Source of the DNA: Tubulanus polymorphus
Lineage: Eukaryota > Animalia > Nemertea
Direction of reading: 5' to 3'
Length of the DNA stretch: 64,000 nt
Assembly: GCF_964204645.1 (NCBI RefSeq)
Contig: NC_134033.1
Location: 16,004,655 to 16,068,654 of the forward strand
Shown here: positions 24,758 through 38,641 of the stretch, in pieces
Layout of the letters: the number at the start of each line of letters is the position of its first letter
How positions within the stretch are numbered: position 1 is the stretch's first letter
Position numbers and translations under genes: made by a program
The notes under the pieces: model-generated
What the model was told of the DNA's origin: nothing
What the model saw: only the letters and a program-made list of their open reading frames with translations
The model's database searches: none

Positions 24758-25640
24758 ATTCCTTTCCGCGGTCTAGTAGTATACTTTCATAGGTATATGT
24801 CATAAACTATGTACAAACTGCTCCTGGTCTGGAAACGTTATCAGATAAGGCCGATATATCCAGGTCCAAGTTCAAGTCCAAGTTTGTTTAATAGAAAAAA
24901 GAAAAAAAGTATTTTTATTATATCATATGAAATACAGGATACTTGAAATTGATTGTAAATAACTGTAGGCACTAAGGCGGATCTAGAAGAATTGGAAGGC
25001 AGAAGAAATGACTTAGGCATCATAGGTTAACTCAAGCGGGATATAATCATCGGTGGTGTTAATATATTTTCTTAGAAAAAAATACGTAGATATGTAATGA
25101 GAATCTTCTTTCTGAAAGGCAGGGGTTGTTCGGACTCCTGAGAGACCATCCCCCAAATCTGTCCCTGCCGCGTTGCTTTTATCATGCACGTGAATAAAAT
25201 AGATTAGGGGTAAGCTGAGGTAGGCGGAGGTCTTAAGCGAAAGAAGGCCGCCGAAGCGAGCATCCAGAAAAAAAAACCACTTTACCTGCTGCCGTGTTAT
25301 CATTAAGCAGTCTACACCGGGAACTCACTGTTTGAAGAACAAGTCGTATCTAATTCGGGAGAGCCGTTGTTTTATTGTCATCCGGAGCTACTTAGTATTC
25401 GTTGTCGGTTATTTTTGCACGAAAATCGAACGTCGGAAATTTATTCGAATAATTTCATCGTCGTTACAATCCGTTAGATGGCGTATGAGTCGACCGAAAT
25501 GAAAGATGAATACCGATAATAATCGTATAAAATTTTTTTATTTCATTTGCAACGAAGCGTGATACATTATAATTACATACAGAAAAAAATACGCACAAAT
25601 ACATAGAATAATATGAAATTCGATTTATAGCACGTATATT

Positions 25641-27531
25641 TTACAAACTCGCCAATAATAAAACAATGAACGTCGGAATGAGAAACGTCGTCCAAGGTCG
25701 CCATGATAACCGGTTACTATCGTTACAAAAGTCATTTGACCAGCAGCAATATTTCAACGCGTAAGTGCCGTCATCCGGGAATTTAGTCTTGTGCTCACAT
25801 CCCAGTGATTTCGGTTCGCAGCCGTAGAACAGTTCGAACTGTTTACCGTTCGGGTAATAGGCGACTCGTTTCTGTAATAGAAGATAACGCGTTGAACGTT
25901 CTTCAACTTTCTCGCGGCATTCTCGAACCTCGAATTCAGAAAACGCTAAGAAGTGCAGGATGTGGGAACAGGGCATCCTCGCAATCAGATGCGTGGTATT
26001 TATAGAGAAAACTTCGTGCCGGTAAAAACGCATCTGATATTGAATAAATGATAGGGTCAATCTCTACTTTACGATAAAAAAAACGCACCTGATTGGCTAG
26101 ATATATAGACTGATGGGCGCTGAGCGGGAACCAGTCCGCCCAAGAAATCGTGGGCGATGTAATAGGCCAAAGAAGGGTTTGCGGTCAGGTTTGTGTTGGC
26201 GTGAGCTTCAGCGGTCGGTAATCAAACCCTGGCAAGCGAGGATGGAGCAGAGTTGAGGGGTTGCGGGGTTGCGGGGTTGCGGGGTTGCGGGGGTACAATG
26301 GTAACACTTACGAAACAGTGTCCATTCGGTGTTTCACAGGTTCTAGTTTTATCGGGTTCACTCATACATTTTTTCGACATCGGCACACCAACTACTGTCG
26401 GATAACCTTCTTCATACTCTGAGTTATAGGCGCACAAATTACATTTAATTCCTAGCGTATCTGAAACAAAAGAAACGTTTCGAAATTTCGTGTAAAAAAG
26501 CCAGGGTGAAATTTCACAGTTGAATTTGTGGGTTATATTTGTCTCTGAGCCCGGTTTCACAGTTGTGCGGGTATAATTTGACTCCGGATCCAGTTCCACA
26601 GTTGTGTGCGTTTAATTTTACTCTGAACCCAGTTTCACAGTTGTGTGGGTTTAATTTGACTCTGGATCCAGTTCTACAGTTGTGTGGGTTTAATTTGCCT
26701 TTGGTCCCAGTTGTATGGGCTTCACGACTGCCTAGATCCTGGACCTACTCCTTGGTGAAGATTTGACTCTAGATTTATGGAAATATATAACAACTTTCAA
26801 ACTATACGACAATAGGAACCGGTTCCTGTGTTGGCGATTATTACTGACAGGAGAAATGTGCCAATCATCCATTCATTGACTTAATCGTGTTTATTGGACT
26901 ATAATTGATATGGCCCACAAATTTGTGAATAAGAATTGCCGAAAAAATCTAATCGAACCTTCGTTAATCGTTGACCTTGAACCAGTTTCAACGAGTTACC
27001 GATCAAACCTGACTCGGATAATGAACAACATACCGTGTATTTTGATACCAGAATAGAACTGAGTCAAGAATACAATCAGAAATGATCAGTTTTTTTAAAG
27101 TCATTGTGTTTTCCTATATCAAATGAATTAAACGCCATGATTATGGTAGTAATAAGCTAGACTAAAACTGAAACTCAACTGATTAGACCAAAATACAAAT
27201 GATATCTTGTTTCTCCTAATCGGCAAGATAATTTCTAAAAACGCAATGAAATTTGTAATCAGTCCATTTCTAAAGCTGCCCGATCTTTAATGGTTAGCTT
27301 GATCATGATTTCGAAAAAAAATTAAATTACAGGGTAGAAAGGCGGCGGCTGGGTCAACTTTTAAACGCAGTAGAAATGAGAAACAAGGTGTCAATTCTTT
27401 AGCCTTCGAGAATGATTCAACACAATTAGAAAACTCGGTCTCGTCTGACAAAACTAACCTTGGACCAAAACTAATACGACAACAGAAAAGAATCCAAGTA
27501 TATGATTTGTTATCGTTGTAGATGATACCAT
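25641..27531 (-). CDS. GPI-anchored Ly6/uPAR (three-finger, quiver/sleepless-like) protein (exons 27531-27459, 26460-26312, 25871-25641)
   Basis: Signal peptide ending ...LVLVQDTLG, then IKCNLC, 10 Cys in total ending CCWSNDFCN, and a hydrophobic C-terminal GPI signal. TATA-like ctataaag at about 27594-27600. Confidence 0.85.
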
Positions 27532-28039
27532 CTCGACTGTTGTTGGCAGCTCCCAGGATGCGGAAGAGATGAATTGGACGCGCTTCTCTGCACTTTATAG
27601 TGATACCTCTGCCTGGATTCAGTCTGGTTGTTTTCCGTTGTTCCCGGTTAACTAGTATATATGTTATGTATGTATGTACGTATATTCTGTGGCTGAGAGT
27701 ACTGAAATATGCCGGGGTAAAGCAGCTAAATTTATATGATAAACACACCATTCCGCGCTCACTGAGTAACGGCATAAATTCACTGATGAAAAATTCAGTC
27801 TACAGATCGCGGAACGCCGCATTCGTTTTATTTGCGTTCGTGCGGTTTTGTTGTAATAACAGAGAAGTAGAAATATTTTTTGAAGTGGAAGCAAATAGAT
27901 GACTTGTGTGTATCATAAAAAATTTTGTTAGTGTGATTGTTTAACTGAAGAGGTAGTTTTTTAAATATGTAAAAAAAACTCCAAAAGGTCGCTAAATTTG
28001 GAGACTGCACGCGTGTTGGCCGTCACGAAAATTCCGTGG

Positions 28040-29170
28040 GCCCTTTTCATTCATCTCCGGCCCTTTTCATTTCATTCATCTTTGCATCAGGACTTCGGTT
28101 GCTTGGAAAATGTACCAAAAAGCAGATACATTTTCGGCAAGAACCTTCTGTGAGGGAGGACCCCCAGAAACCTGTATGAAGCTGTTCTTTTTCTGCTACC
28201 CTCAAGAGTGGTTCCCTGGCCCCGCCCCTGAGTTTACTGGGTGGAAAAACTTCAAGCTTATAACGGATCAGCTTATAGTTTTGTCCGCCACATTTTAGGA
28301 GCAACCAAAAGCAATTAAACCAAAAACTAAAGTAGAAGCTTGGCAAATAGTGCCAGAGCAGTCGGGGGTTCGATCATGCTGATATTGGAGGTTGGTAGGT
28401 TGATATCTGCAGAAGCTAAACTCGCCTCTCAGGGCGAATTAGATGATCGGCTAGAATGGATTAGAAAAAACAAAGTTTAGTTCAACTGCCAGTCCTTTCT
28501 GAAGACTTCTATCAGGTTTCTACCGCAGAAAAAAACATGATTGAGCTTGGCCACCCGGCCTGAAATGCTCTCAGAAGTCAAACGTTGAAATAGACAGTAC
28601 CGTACCGCCGGGCCGCCCCGGTCGGGCCGCATACGCGAGACGCCTCAAGTTTATCAATCATTTTTATCCCCCCCCCCCCCCGAAAAAAAAATCATACAAC
28701 AATCGGATTTTTTTATATGAATGTTACGGGGCACTCGGTGTAATTCATTCAATATTTGATTATATTTGAAATCAGCAAGGGCTGACAAGGCTCTCGCTAA
28801 CTGGGAGAGGCACCGATTATTCATAATATCGACGAGAAAAGTTATCATTTCTCGCATGAAAAGGTCAAAAGAAGTTTGAAACTGGGAGGCATGCCTATCC
28901 TAATACCCCTATCGAAAAAAGAATCTGCCCTCTCTTTGATACTAGCAACTCCGTAGAAGACGTGAGGCACTTCGTTTTAGAATGCTCGCGCCTCTCTGTT
29001 ATCAGGAATGCCTTTAAAACTCTCTAAATTTACAGATTTCAACCTAGGACACTCATCTAAATTTTCTTTCTTAATGTCGTGCAACCATAATGACAATGAG
29101 ATCAGTAGAATCGTCTGCAATCTTGCGGTCGGACTTTTAAACTTTCGTTCCCAATCACTCGCAATTTAGG
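28040..29170 (+). mobile_element. Decayed non-LTR retrotransposon (LINE ORF2 3' end); boundaries approximate
   Basis: About 28878-29020 translates ETGRHAYPNTPIEKRICPLFDTSNSVEDVRHFVLEC, resembling the C-terminal Zn-knuckle region of LINE ORF2. Many stops and frameshifts. Confidence 0.6.
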
Positions 29171-29516
29171 CATCTGAAATTGGAGGGATGCTATACATTG
29201 TTACGGCGCAGGAAATTCAAACCGCCGTTTCGGGGTTTGAATCTCTCACGGCCAGCACTACTGATTAGTGCCCGACGGTGAACAATTTTCAAAGTCGTGT
29301 TTCACCAACTGTGACCCATAAGAAGAGAGATTGTTAAAAGTTTTCTTAGAAACAACGTGGCGATAAGGTCCTTTGGTCCCCAAGTCATTAGAACTCCGAC
29401 CGAAACTCAGCACGAAGACACAAATAGTAATCCGGAGCCATCCCGAGTAACACAAACTAACTTCGGCAGTCGAGGGTTCAATTCAATTCAATTTAATTCA
29501 ATTGACAGTTTCCAAA

Positions 29517-32500
29517 ATGGCTGCCTTGAAGAATTATTTCCGGGTTTCGAAATGTTCAGTTTTTGCCGTGATTTCGGCAGTTTTATCCCTACTGAATGCG
29601 GGTAAGTGAAGGAAATATTTGGTCCGATATATCCCCGATCGAAAGAATGCACAAATTGAAATAGAACTGCGTTCTATTGAGCCTTTAGAACTGGAATGAA
29701 ACTCCAAAAGTCCTGTCAATCGTCCTCCGACCAAGTCATGTGACTGTTGACTCTATTTTTTCAGTGAACGGTGAATTGATATTCTCGCATTTACCGCAAC
29801 ACGTGAATCTGAATAAAAACTCTGGTGAAATCAAAATCAGTGAAGTTCCCGGCGTCCTGTCGTTATTGATGGGTTTCACACCGAACAAGGTAAGAAATTT
29901 AGAGTAATGTCTATTTCACATTTTGACATCAGCAGGTGGCCTGATACTAGTAGATAGAAGACCTAAACTGCGGTCAGACCACAATTCAACTTAAACATCG
30001 ACCATCGCGTTTGATCCGTTGGCCGATATATAACGTTTGATGATGTTATCTCTATTTTAAGGATATCGAATGGAACGGACTGTTGGATTCGGACCCGTTT
30101 AAACGACCGGCGGCGAGCGTTACGTTTACAGTCACAGCTGCAGCAGACGCGATTAAACCTCACTCTAAAGCTGCTAGTTTTAATACGAATGTCGTAAGTA
30201 TTATTTACCATAACCCGGGGAGCTAACTCTATAATTGAGTCAAAGGTAATACTGGTTTATAAAACCAAGCCCAGGGTCCAGTTTCACGAAAAAGTTTAAG
30301 GCTCAAATGGTTAAGTTTGAATTGTTGTCCTCATTGAAAACATGAAGTAACCAATGGCAATTACACCAAAAATTTGAGTTTAACTTTTTCGTGAAACCAG
30401 GCCCAGAAGTCAACTGTTATACTACTTCCACCCCATAAATCCACCCTTGTTACTGCAGAGTCTACTATATTTTACTTCGTGCATTTTCGTTAAATCGCCA
30501 TGTTGTGGTTTTTTTTCAGGATATTCCGTTTATAAGCGTTGATCAGATGATCAATCACATACAGAGAACTTTCATCGGTGAAACTCCTCTAATCGTTGAT
30601 CTCACTGCTGACAGAATGGTGAGTGTGAGATGGTGAACCGGCCACGATATCTATTTTACAACTCATCCATAATAAAAGTCGAGTTTAGATTTAGATATTC
30701 AATAGGGATTTAGGCTTTTTAGGGGAAGAACTATGGTTGAGTCGGAGCCTAGACTATAATCAGGGACCAGAGACTTAAGTTCAAAAAAAGTGGTCGTAGA
30801 TGTTAAGACTGATCTTAAGTGATTGTCTACAGAACCAAAATGAGCTTAGACTGGTCTTTAGTTGTAAGATTGAATTTAAAACCAAAATGAGCTCAGACTG
30901 ATCTTCAGCCCTGACTGTGAAACCAACCCTGAGGGTTCTTACAAATCGGGCAATTCATCGTCGATGAGGATAAGATTTTTTTTTGATGCGGGTATTCACA
31001 GTATTGAATTGTTTTGTTTTTCAGTTGTCCGATTTAAAGAATGTTTATCCGGTCGTATTCGAAGATTTACCGACTTCGTTCGATGAGATGTTAGTTCGAT
31101 TGCATCGGTCGGCGTCGATCCTCGAAACGTCGTTGAATCGAACTCGTAAACCCGACAATCTGTTACTAGTCGAACTGCAAACGATCACCGAATTACTCAA
31201 CTCCGTAAGTTTGATATTTAGAAGTTCAGTAGACTCTGCCTAAATCGGTATACCGGTCTCTCCGGTCAATTCAGTAAAATGAAAAAAAGCTGATGCTCTC
31301 TCTCTCTCCCGCTCGGTCTCCCTCTCCCTCCCCCTCCCTCTCCCTCTCCTGGCTCTCCATCTCCTGGCAGTCCATCTCCCTTTCCTGGCTCTCTCTCTCC
31401 TGGCTCTCCCTCTCCCCTCTCCTTGCTCTCCCTTTCCCTCTCCTGGCTCTCCCTCTCATGGCTCTCCTTTTCAATGTCCTAGCCTTCCTTCTCATATACT
31501 TGATTCTGATTTGCTTTGAATTTCAGTTGAAATCGCACGCGAAGCTGACGAACGACCGAACGCCGGACGTGTTTAATTTCGAGATCAAATCCCTCGACCG
31601 TATCGAATCGGAATACGGCGTCGATTCACTGCAAGTTAAAGACGCCAAAAAACTTCTCAACAAATTCTTTGAAACGGTACGTCGGGTCTTCATTCGGAAA
31701 CAACCGTGGCCAAGCTCCGTTTCAGAATTTATGAATATGTGCAATTTATTGAAACCCTGGTAAAATGGACACAAATCGAATTAGAAATACAGATTTGGGC
31801 TCAAAATTAGTGATGACTCAATGAAATGTGACTAACAAATTTTCTGATGATGACTTGGCTGGAGTTAAACTGAGATTTCATGAGTTAAATTGTAGATTTC
31901 ATGAGTTAAATTGTAGATTTCATGAGTTAAATTGTAGATTTCATGTGTTAAACTGTAGATTTCATGTATGATTTTCTAGGTAACTGAACAGTTCAGTGAA
32001 TTGTATAATGGTAACGTTGTAGTGAGTGTTATAACTCTACTGACCGCCGACGCTGCGTTAGTGCGAAAATCCCGTAGTCTAATGGCTGCCGCCGATCCAA
32101 CTCAGGTACGTAATAACCACGTTTTATCTCAAATCCGATCAATTCGTCAAATACAGTAGACTCCGCCTCATTCATACTACCGGTCAATTCTCGGTTAACT
32201 TCTCGAGTCTGGGTGAAATTTACTAAGATCATTCGTGGAGAACCTGCTAGTAACCATTCTAGATGGCATGCTCCCTGCTGTAGCAACTTCCCACTAGATG
32301 GCGCGCTACAGCCAGCAGCTTCCCACTGAATGTCTTGCTCCCTGCTGCAGCAGCTTCCCACTAGATGGCGTGCTCCCTGCTGCAGCAGCTTCCCACTAGA
32401 TGGCGTGCAGAACTGTTAGAATACACTTTACAGAATTTAGTTCATTCTCGATGAAATTTCATGTAGATTTTTAGCCTCCCACATCAGAAATTAGGCAAAT

Positions 32501-35500
32501 CTCTTCCCGAAGATAGAAGTCAGATCGATGCTTTTAGGTCCAAATATAGTTCGATTTTAATAATTCGTCATTCGTAGAATTTGAGAAAATATTGATAGAT
32601 TTTGATAATTTAATCCGAGCAGAAATCTGGGATCGTATTCCGAATGCTCGTACACTAGCGCCATCGAATGGATCCTTGCTTGCCACGGTACAGGGATTCC
32701 TTGATCGTCGCAATCGAGGCATTAAGTTAACCCTAGGCACTGGTTTTATAGACTGATATTAGTGTTAACCTGGGGGGTTACGACTCTATTAAAAATGAAT
32801 CACTCGTCTGACTGGCTCCAGCTGACCTTGTGCAAAAGCTACATTTCCATCGTCAAGAAAAACAAATGTAACAAAAACATTGATCTGTTATTAACATCGA
32901 GTTTATTCTCATTGCTACAGTTTATCAACTAGTCACTAGGTGGCGTGATGTACGCTATTCATCCAGACCAGGTTTTGATCTTTCATTCAAATACATCACA
33001 TACTACAGTAGCAAGTGTATATAATATATCAGTAACAATTCATATACTTCATCGTAACAGATTTTTAAAAACGGCGTCAAAGTTCATATTCAAAGGTCTT
33101 TATTTAGCTCCAAGCTAGGCGTGTGTCTCTGAACTGAACTGATGGAAACTGGAAAAAATACTACGCAAAATTTCTAACAAAAATACAACTTAACTTATGT
33201 CTCAAAACTAATAAAACAATGGAAAAATAATATCAAAATTACTACCAAAAATACTACAAGAAAAACAAAGCTTATGTTTCAGCACTAATGAAACAACAAT
33301 ACAAAAATACTAACAAAAATACTGCTAAAACAACTGAACTTATGTCTCAAAACTGATAAAACAATGGAAAAATACTACAAGAAAAATTCTTCGAAAAATG
33401 CTACAAATGAAACTACAATTGTTTATATCATTTTCAAATAAACTTGAAAGTGCTGCGTGTGAACTAACTGATTGAGTCTTTTAATTCGCTGAAATTCTAC
33501 TTAAATCCTTCCGATTACGTCCATGGCCAAGGTAACGACGAGCGTTGCTACGGACAACCTTGACGCAGTAGCGCTGTTGCACCAGTCCCTGTCATCGCAA
33601 CACACGGGGGTTTCTACAGTCGCTACTTGTGAGGCTGCTGGGACTGACGTTGCTCCTGTGAGAACAGCGTAGGCGTGGGTTTTTATTTCATCGGCGAAGG
33701 ATTTCTTCGCCTCGGCCACGTTATACTTGTAAGCGCCGTCATCGCATTTCATGGCTTCAAGGCACTGTCGTTTCACGTAGTTGATACCATTAGAATTGCC
33801 TCTCAAAACCTGAAATTATAAGAGACATTATTTCATACATTATACACCATATATATCTCGGGTCCAGCTTATTCATCGGCGACCTGTAAAACTAGGGACT
33901 TCGAATCGCTAATTTCCGAGCAGATCTGCAAACCGAACCTGTAGTCCTGGTTCCATAGATATCTGCATTCATTTTGAGTTCAAGTTATCATTTGTATCGA
34001 CGAATCCATGCAATGTCGTAGAATAATTGAAGAAGTCGCACAATTCAAATTTTATATAAGATAATTCATTAGAATGTAACCAGAACGTTTCAGCTGTTGA
34101 CTAACAGCCATCATCGGGAGGAATGACCAGAAAAACAGAATGTAACGTAGCATACAAACTTACAGGACATAAACAAATGTGTCAGATTACATGTAATCAA
34201 ATTACATGTTCAAGTCTCCATCTTCGTCTGGAGAGCGCCTTTGATAATAGCCCTGCTATTTAAAAGGCGCTATAGAAATTTACAATCCTATCCTATCCTA
34301 AGATTTGAATTGTGGGACTTCTTCAATTATCATTTGTTGTTTCACTAGTTTAAACCTTTCAGTGCTGACTAATTAATACCCTATAGTGCTGGAGAAAATT
34401 TGAAAATTCTAAAAAATTCCACCCTAGTGTGTTGAACAATGGGAATACCACTGTAGTGCGTCTACACCGCGGTGCGGTGTATCGTTAGTTACTAGTATTT
34501 CACTATGTTTGACACTTTCTGCCATTTTTCAATTGCTTGGTTACTAGAACTAGCAGCAAAAACACCTTTTTGTTCCCAACGCGCAATCATCTTAAGATGT
34601 TTCCACGTTGCGTTGCGTTGCCACGAACGTTAGCGGTTCCTACGATCAATTTACGTTTAAAAGTATTTATGTCATTTTTCATTCCCGGGTAGCAATATCC
34701 CTCGGAAACCACTACTTTTATTTCTGAGAGGGATCTTTTGTTAGTTTTTTTCTTCATTTTCAAACGACTCGAACTGCCTTTTAGGCCCCCTCCATGCCTT
34801 GTACTCATTTGTACGCACAAGTTTACCCTTCCCACGCCTGCCACCCCTCTCCTCCTCCACTGATAAATGGATTGGCCCTGTATCATATTTCAGCCCCCCA
34901 GTGCGAGGGATAAGCGGGTGGGTTCATGTTAAACAGCAGTCCCAACTATAGTGTAAATTCCATATTTTCATTGTGTACAGTTTGTTGCTACATGTTGTGG
35001 GTGAATTATTAATAAGCCTTTTATCTGTCTGATATCTCATTCATTGTCTTTGTCTTACTATGTCTCTGTCCTGCTCGAACTGTTTTTCGAGGTTTGCAAC
35101 GATCAATTATTCTCGTACATATAAATATAGCTGAAAATGTAACAACTGGTTAGTAGTTGAAGAATGATATGTCTTAGCTACAAGCAAGCAAACATCGCTT
35201 CTAGTTCCAAGTTGGAATTAAACAACGATACATAATTTACAGCAACTCGTCCGTCCGGACATTTCAAACCTGTCACAGGTTTCAGACGACAACGACCGAA
35301 GTCAGCTTCTCAAGAATTATGCGCTCTTTGTTTAAAACTATCTACCTCATCTCGTAAAAATTTGCCCTTTTCTACTTAGGGCATGAAAAAAAAGGCAAAA
35401 GATTTTCGTGGCGGCACTTGCCTAGGGTGCTACTGTCAGAACACCCACCCGCCCCTATAAAAGTCTTGAGTTGATTAAATATAAATATCTCTTTCAGGCG

Positions 35501-35692
35501 CCGAAAAAACCGAATCTGAATCTGGCCGCCGATTACGGTTACGATTTCCCGGTGATGTTCAATATCATATTATGGATGATGGTTGTGTTAGGGGTGACGG
35601 TGTTCGGTATCTCGGTTTGTATGTGGCATATGGATCCCGGTCGTGATAGCATCATTTACCGTATGACGAACACACGCATGAAGAAAGACTAG
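29517..35692 (+). CDS. ATP6AP2: V-ATPase accessory protein 2 / (pro)renin receptor, 8 coding exons
   Basis: Signal peptide, WNGLLDSDPFKRP, furin site RKSR (about 32070), last exon [36 protein letters not shown]. Confidence 0.92.
31296..31470. repeat. CT-rich polypyrimidine low-complexity tract in an ATP6AP2 intron
   Basis: ctctcc/ctggct units. Confidence 0.8.
33501..33809 (-). CDS. Terminal exon of a second Ly6/uPAR-type GPI protein nested antisense in the last ATP6AP2 intron; 5' exons not found
   Basis: Acceptor tttcag at 33810, open frame ...VKRQC..KC...VCCDDRDWCNS plus a hydrophobic tail, AATAAA at about 33099 and 32902 on the - strand. Confidence 0.65.
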   Translation of the reverse strand, partial: VLRGNSNGINYVKRQCLEAMKCDDGAYKYNVAEAKKSFADEIKTHAYAVLTGATSVPAASQVATVETPVCCDDRDWCNSATASRLSVATLVVTLAMDVIGRI

Positions 35693-38641
35693 GAAACCAC
35701 GAATGATCGAACTGCTACGATGACTGAATTCGCGGATCAGTCCGAAATTCATCCGCCAATTTACTGAGTCCGATCTAAGGAATTAAAAGCCACCTGCCCG
35801 TGGGACAAGTATATCTAGAATTCACTTGACCGCTAAAAAATTTGGAATTTGGCCCAAGCAGTCCGATCGGCGGCACAATCATCCGTTGTGTCGAGTGGGA
35901 TAAAAGCTTTGAGACATAAAATTGCACTCATCCAGTTGACAAGTGCTGAGCTGTCAACTTTACCTAATTTTCAGTATTTGTTACTATTTTTAAAACGAGA
36001 AATACTGATTGGTTGTTTGATTGGTACGGAAATATGAAAGATGTTACTGAGGGTCTCACTGTCGATTATTAACCTCATTTTGCCCTAATGAGAATATACT
36101 TGTCCCGGGCAATCAGACAAGTGCTTAGATCGGACCCTTGGTTTATGAGAATTCGGAATCATTCATCGTACAGTTGAATCCGCTTAATTCTGATCATTTT
36201 TGTACGGTTGACGGGAAATTCGGATTTTAACTCGGAAGTGACTGTAAACTCACAACTGTAGAACTGGATCCTGAATCTGGTTCGACTGTATTTTATGGTC
36301 CATTTGGTGATAGGTGGATGGTAAGTCGGATCTGAATTACAATCGAAATTTGGATTAAACTGATCGGCATTAAGTGGGTTTTGTACGACTTAGTGAAAAA
36401 ATATTGTGAAAAAATAAATTTGGCCTCATAAAAAGATTGACTGTTTCACAGGGTTCTGCTGGGTAAATCAGGGAATTTGAATTTTTGGTGTCTTGTTGTT
36501 CTTGCTGGTGATGAGTGACACAAGGAACCTCTTGATAAGAAACAGCTCTCACTGAGGATATCATTAATTTAACGAGGGAATCTTTGGTTAAGGGCTGGGG
36601 CAAAAGGAATTTTAGATTCCCTGATGCGTAAGAACCCTGATGACAGTGTATAGAATATGTTTAAACAATTGCCTAGAACAGTTGTCGAATTGAAAAACGA
36701 TCAAAACTTGATGAAGTGAAGATGTTTAAATTTTTAAACGGATTTGTTTGTATAAGACATTCCAATATTATTGAATTATTGTGCGTGTGAATGTGTGACC
36801 GATGTAGATAGATCAATTAGAAATGATAAATATATTGTAAATAAACAAACTACAGGCAATTTACAGCAGACTTCGCTGAAAATAGGATCAGACCAACAGG
36901 GGCGAATCCAGCCTATCGCTACTATCGCTTGAATCTCACGATTGTAGAAGTGCCCAGTTCTATTTTGCAAGTTCTGCAGTTATTTGAAATGATCAATTTG
37001 AATATTCGAAAATGGGTTAACTTTTTATCTCTTATGAATGATTTTTCTTTAACATGTCAAAATTTCATAGATAGTGGATACAGATTTGATGCCCCGAATT
37101 GACTCAGATTGCATCTCAGAGCCCTGAACATCCATACGTTATAGCCCCCTTCCACAGCTGAGCGGTACTCAAAAACCTAGGCTAGATCTACCCCTGACAA
37201 ATGCGTCGCCAACTTTGGAGTGATATCAGAGTTGGTAGGTTCAGATGGATGAACTGTTATCCCCCAGTTAGGGGCCGGGTGGGTGGTCATGACGTAGATT
37301 TAAGACCTACTTTGTTCTGTGGTCAATCTATAAATCTTAGACCAGGATTAATTCAATCTTAATTCAGGACTAGATTCAGGACTACTTATGGACTGAAGTC
37401 ACGACTGCGCAACCTGGCGCCTAGAACTAAAACATTGTGCAAAATGAACAAATTTCAATCTCCTTTCAAACTAAACGGGGAACTGTGAAACTGGGTTCAT
37501 CTTTACGATAATGCTTTAGTTAATTATCTGAGATATTTGAGATATATAGAATATACGTGATAGAAACTGTATAAAGAGTTTAATGACTGTACTGTATTAT
37601 CTAGTCAGTAGAAATGTAAGTTTTTTTTTTTCGAGGGTACGTAAATAATAAATAAGCAATGAACATTTTCAATTGAAGCGCTGCTTATATTACAGTAAAC
37701 CTCGTCTTACGCAGGCGTAAAATTGACAAAATCGGACTAATACGAAATCATTTTCCCTGATTTCCTAACGTGTCTGTCGATCCTTAATTCGGACTTCGGT
37801 CCCAGTTTGTCGGAGTAAGGAGAGGTTTACTGAAGTATAAACGAATTATGTCAGGTTTGTGTATAAATTATCAAGTATTGAATCATGCTGTGAATGTATT
37901 TATTTAACTACGTGGATAGAAGTATGAATAAATGAAAATTGCAGAGATTGAAATTTCTCCTCGTTCTAGTCTGTGGATGGGTGCTATTTATATCAATTCA
38001 ATACATGGAGCAAAGAAAAGTTGGATCAACCGAATTTTATAAAATGTGTGAGGATGATCGACCCTTTTCCATAACACCCCGAGTCGGGTTACAGACTTGT
38101 TAGATTGGCTATAGAACAAAAATCAGTTAAGACTGGTCTTAAGTTGTTAGATTGGCTATAGAACCAAAATCAGCTTAAAACTGGTCTTAAGTTGTTAGAT
38201 TGGCTATAAAACCAAAATCAGCTTAAAACTGGTCTTAAGTTGTTAGATTGGCTATAGAACCAAAATCAGCTTAAGACTGGTCTTAAGTTGTTAGATTGGC
38301 TATAGAACCAAAATCAGCTTAAAACTGGTCTTAAGTTGTTAGATTGGCTATAGAACCAAAATCAGCTTGGTCGCAAATCTAAGCCACACTGTGTAACTGG
38401 AGGAGATTACGGATATCATTTCAACTTGAACAAGGTCAAGTCGGCACAAACCCAAACAACAAAATCATTTTCACATTTCCAGAACTCGTTTCAGTATTTA
38501 CACAACGTTATTTATCTTATACACAGAAATCATATATACAGAAAATGACTACAATTCTGAGGTTATTTCAAGCACGACAAACCTTAAACTAGGTCACAAC
38601 CGAACATGCACATGTCAGAGATTCGCACATGTACATGTTAT

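Noticed and set aside
27034-27104. Apparent frameshifted signal-peptide exon for the Ly6 gene
   Set aside because: A clean in-phase signal exon exists at 27531-27459.
31271-31763. Hydrophobic 156-aa and R/E-rich 74-aa ORFs
   Set aside because: They come from a CT-rich intronic tract; only about 31526-31676 is a real ATP6AP2 exon.
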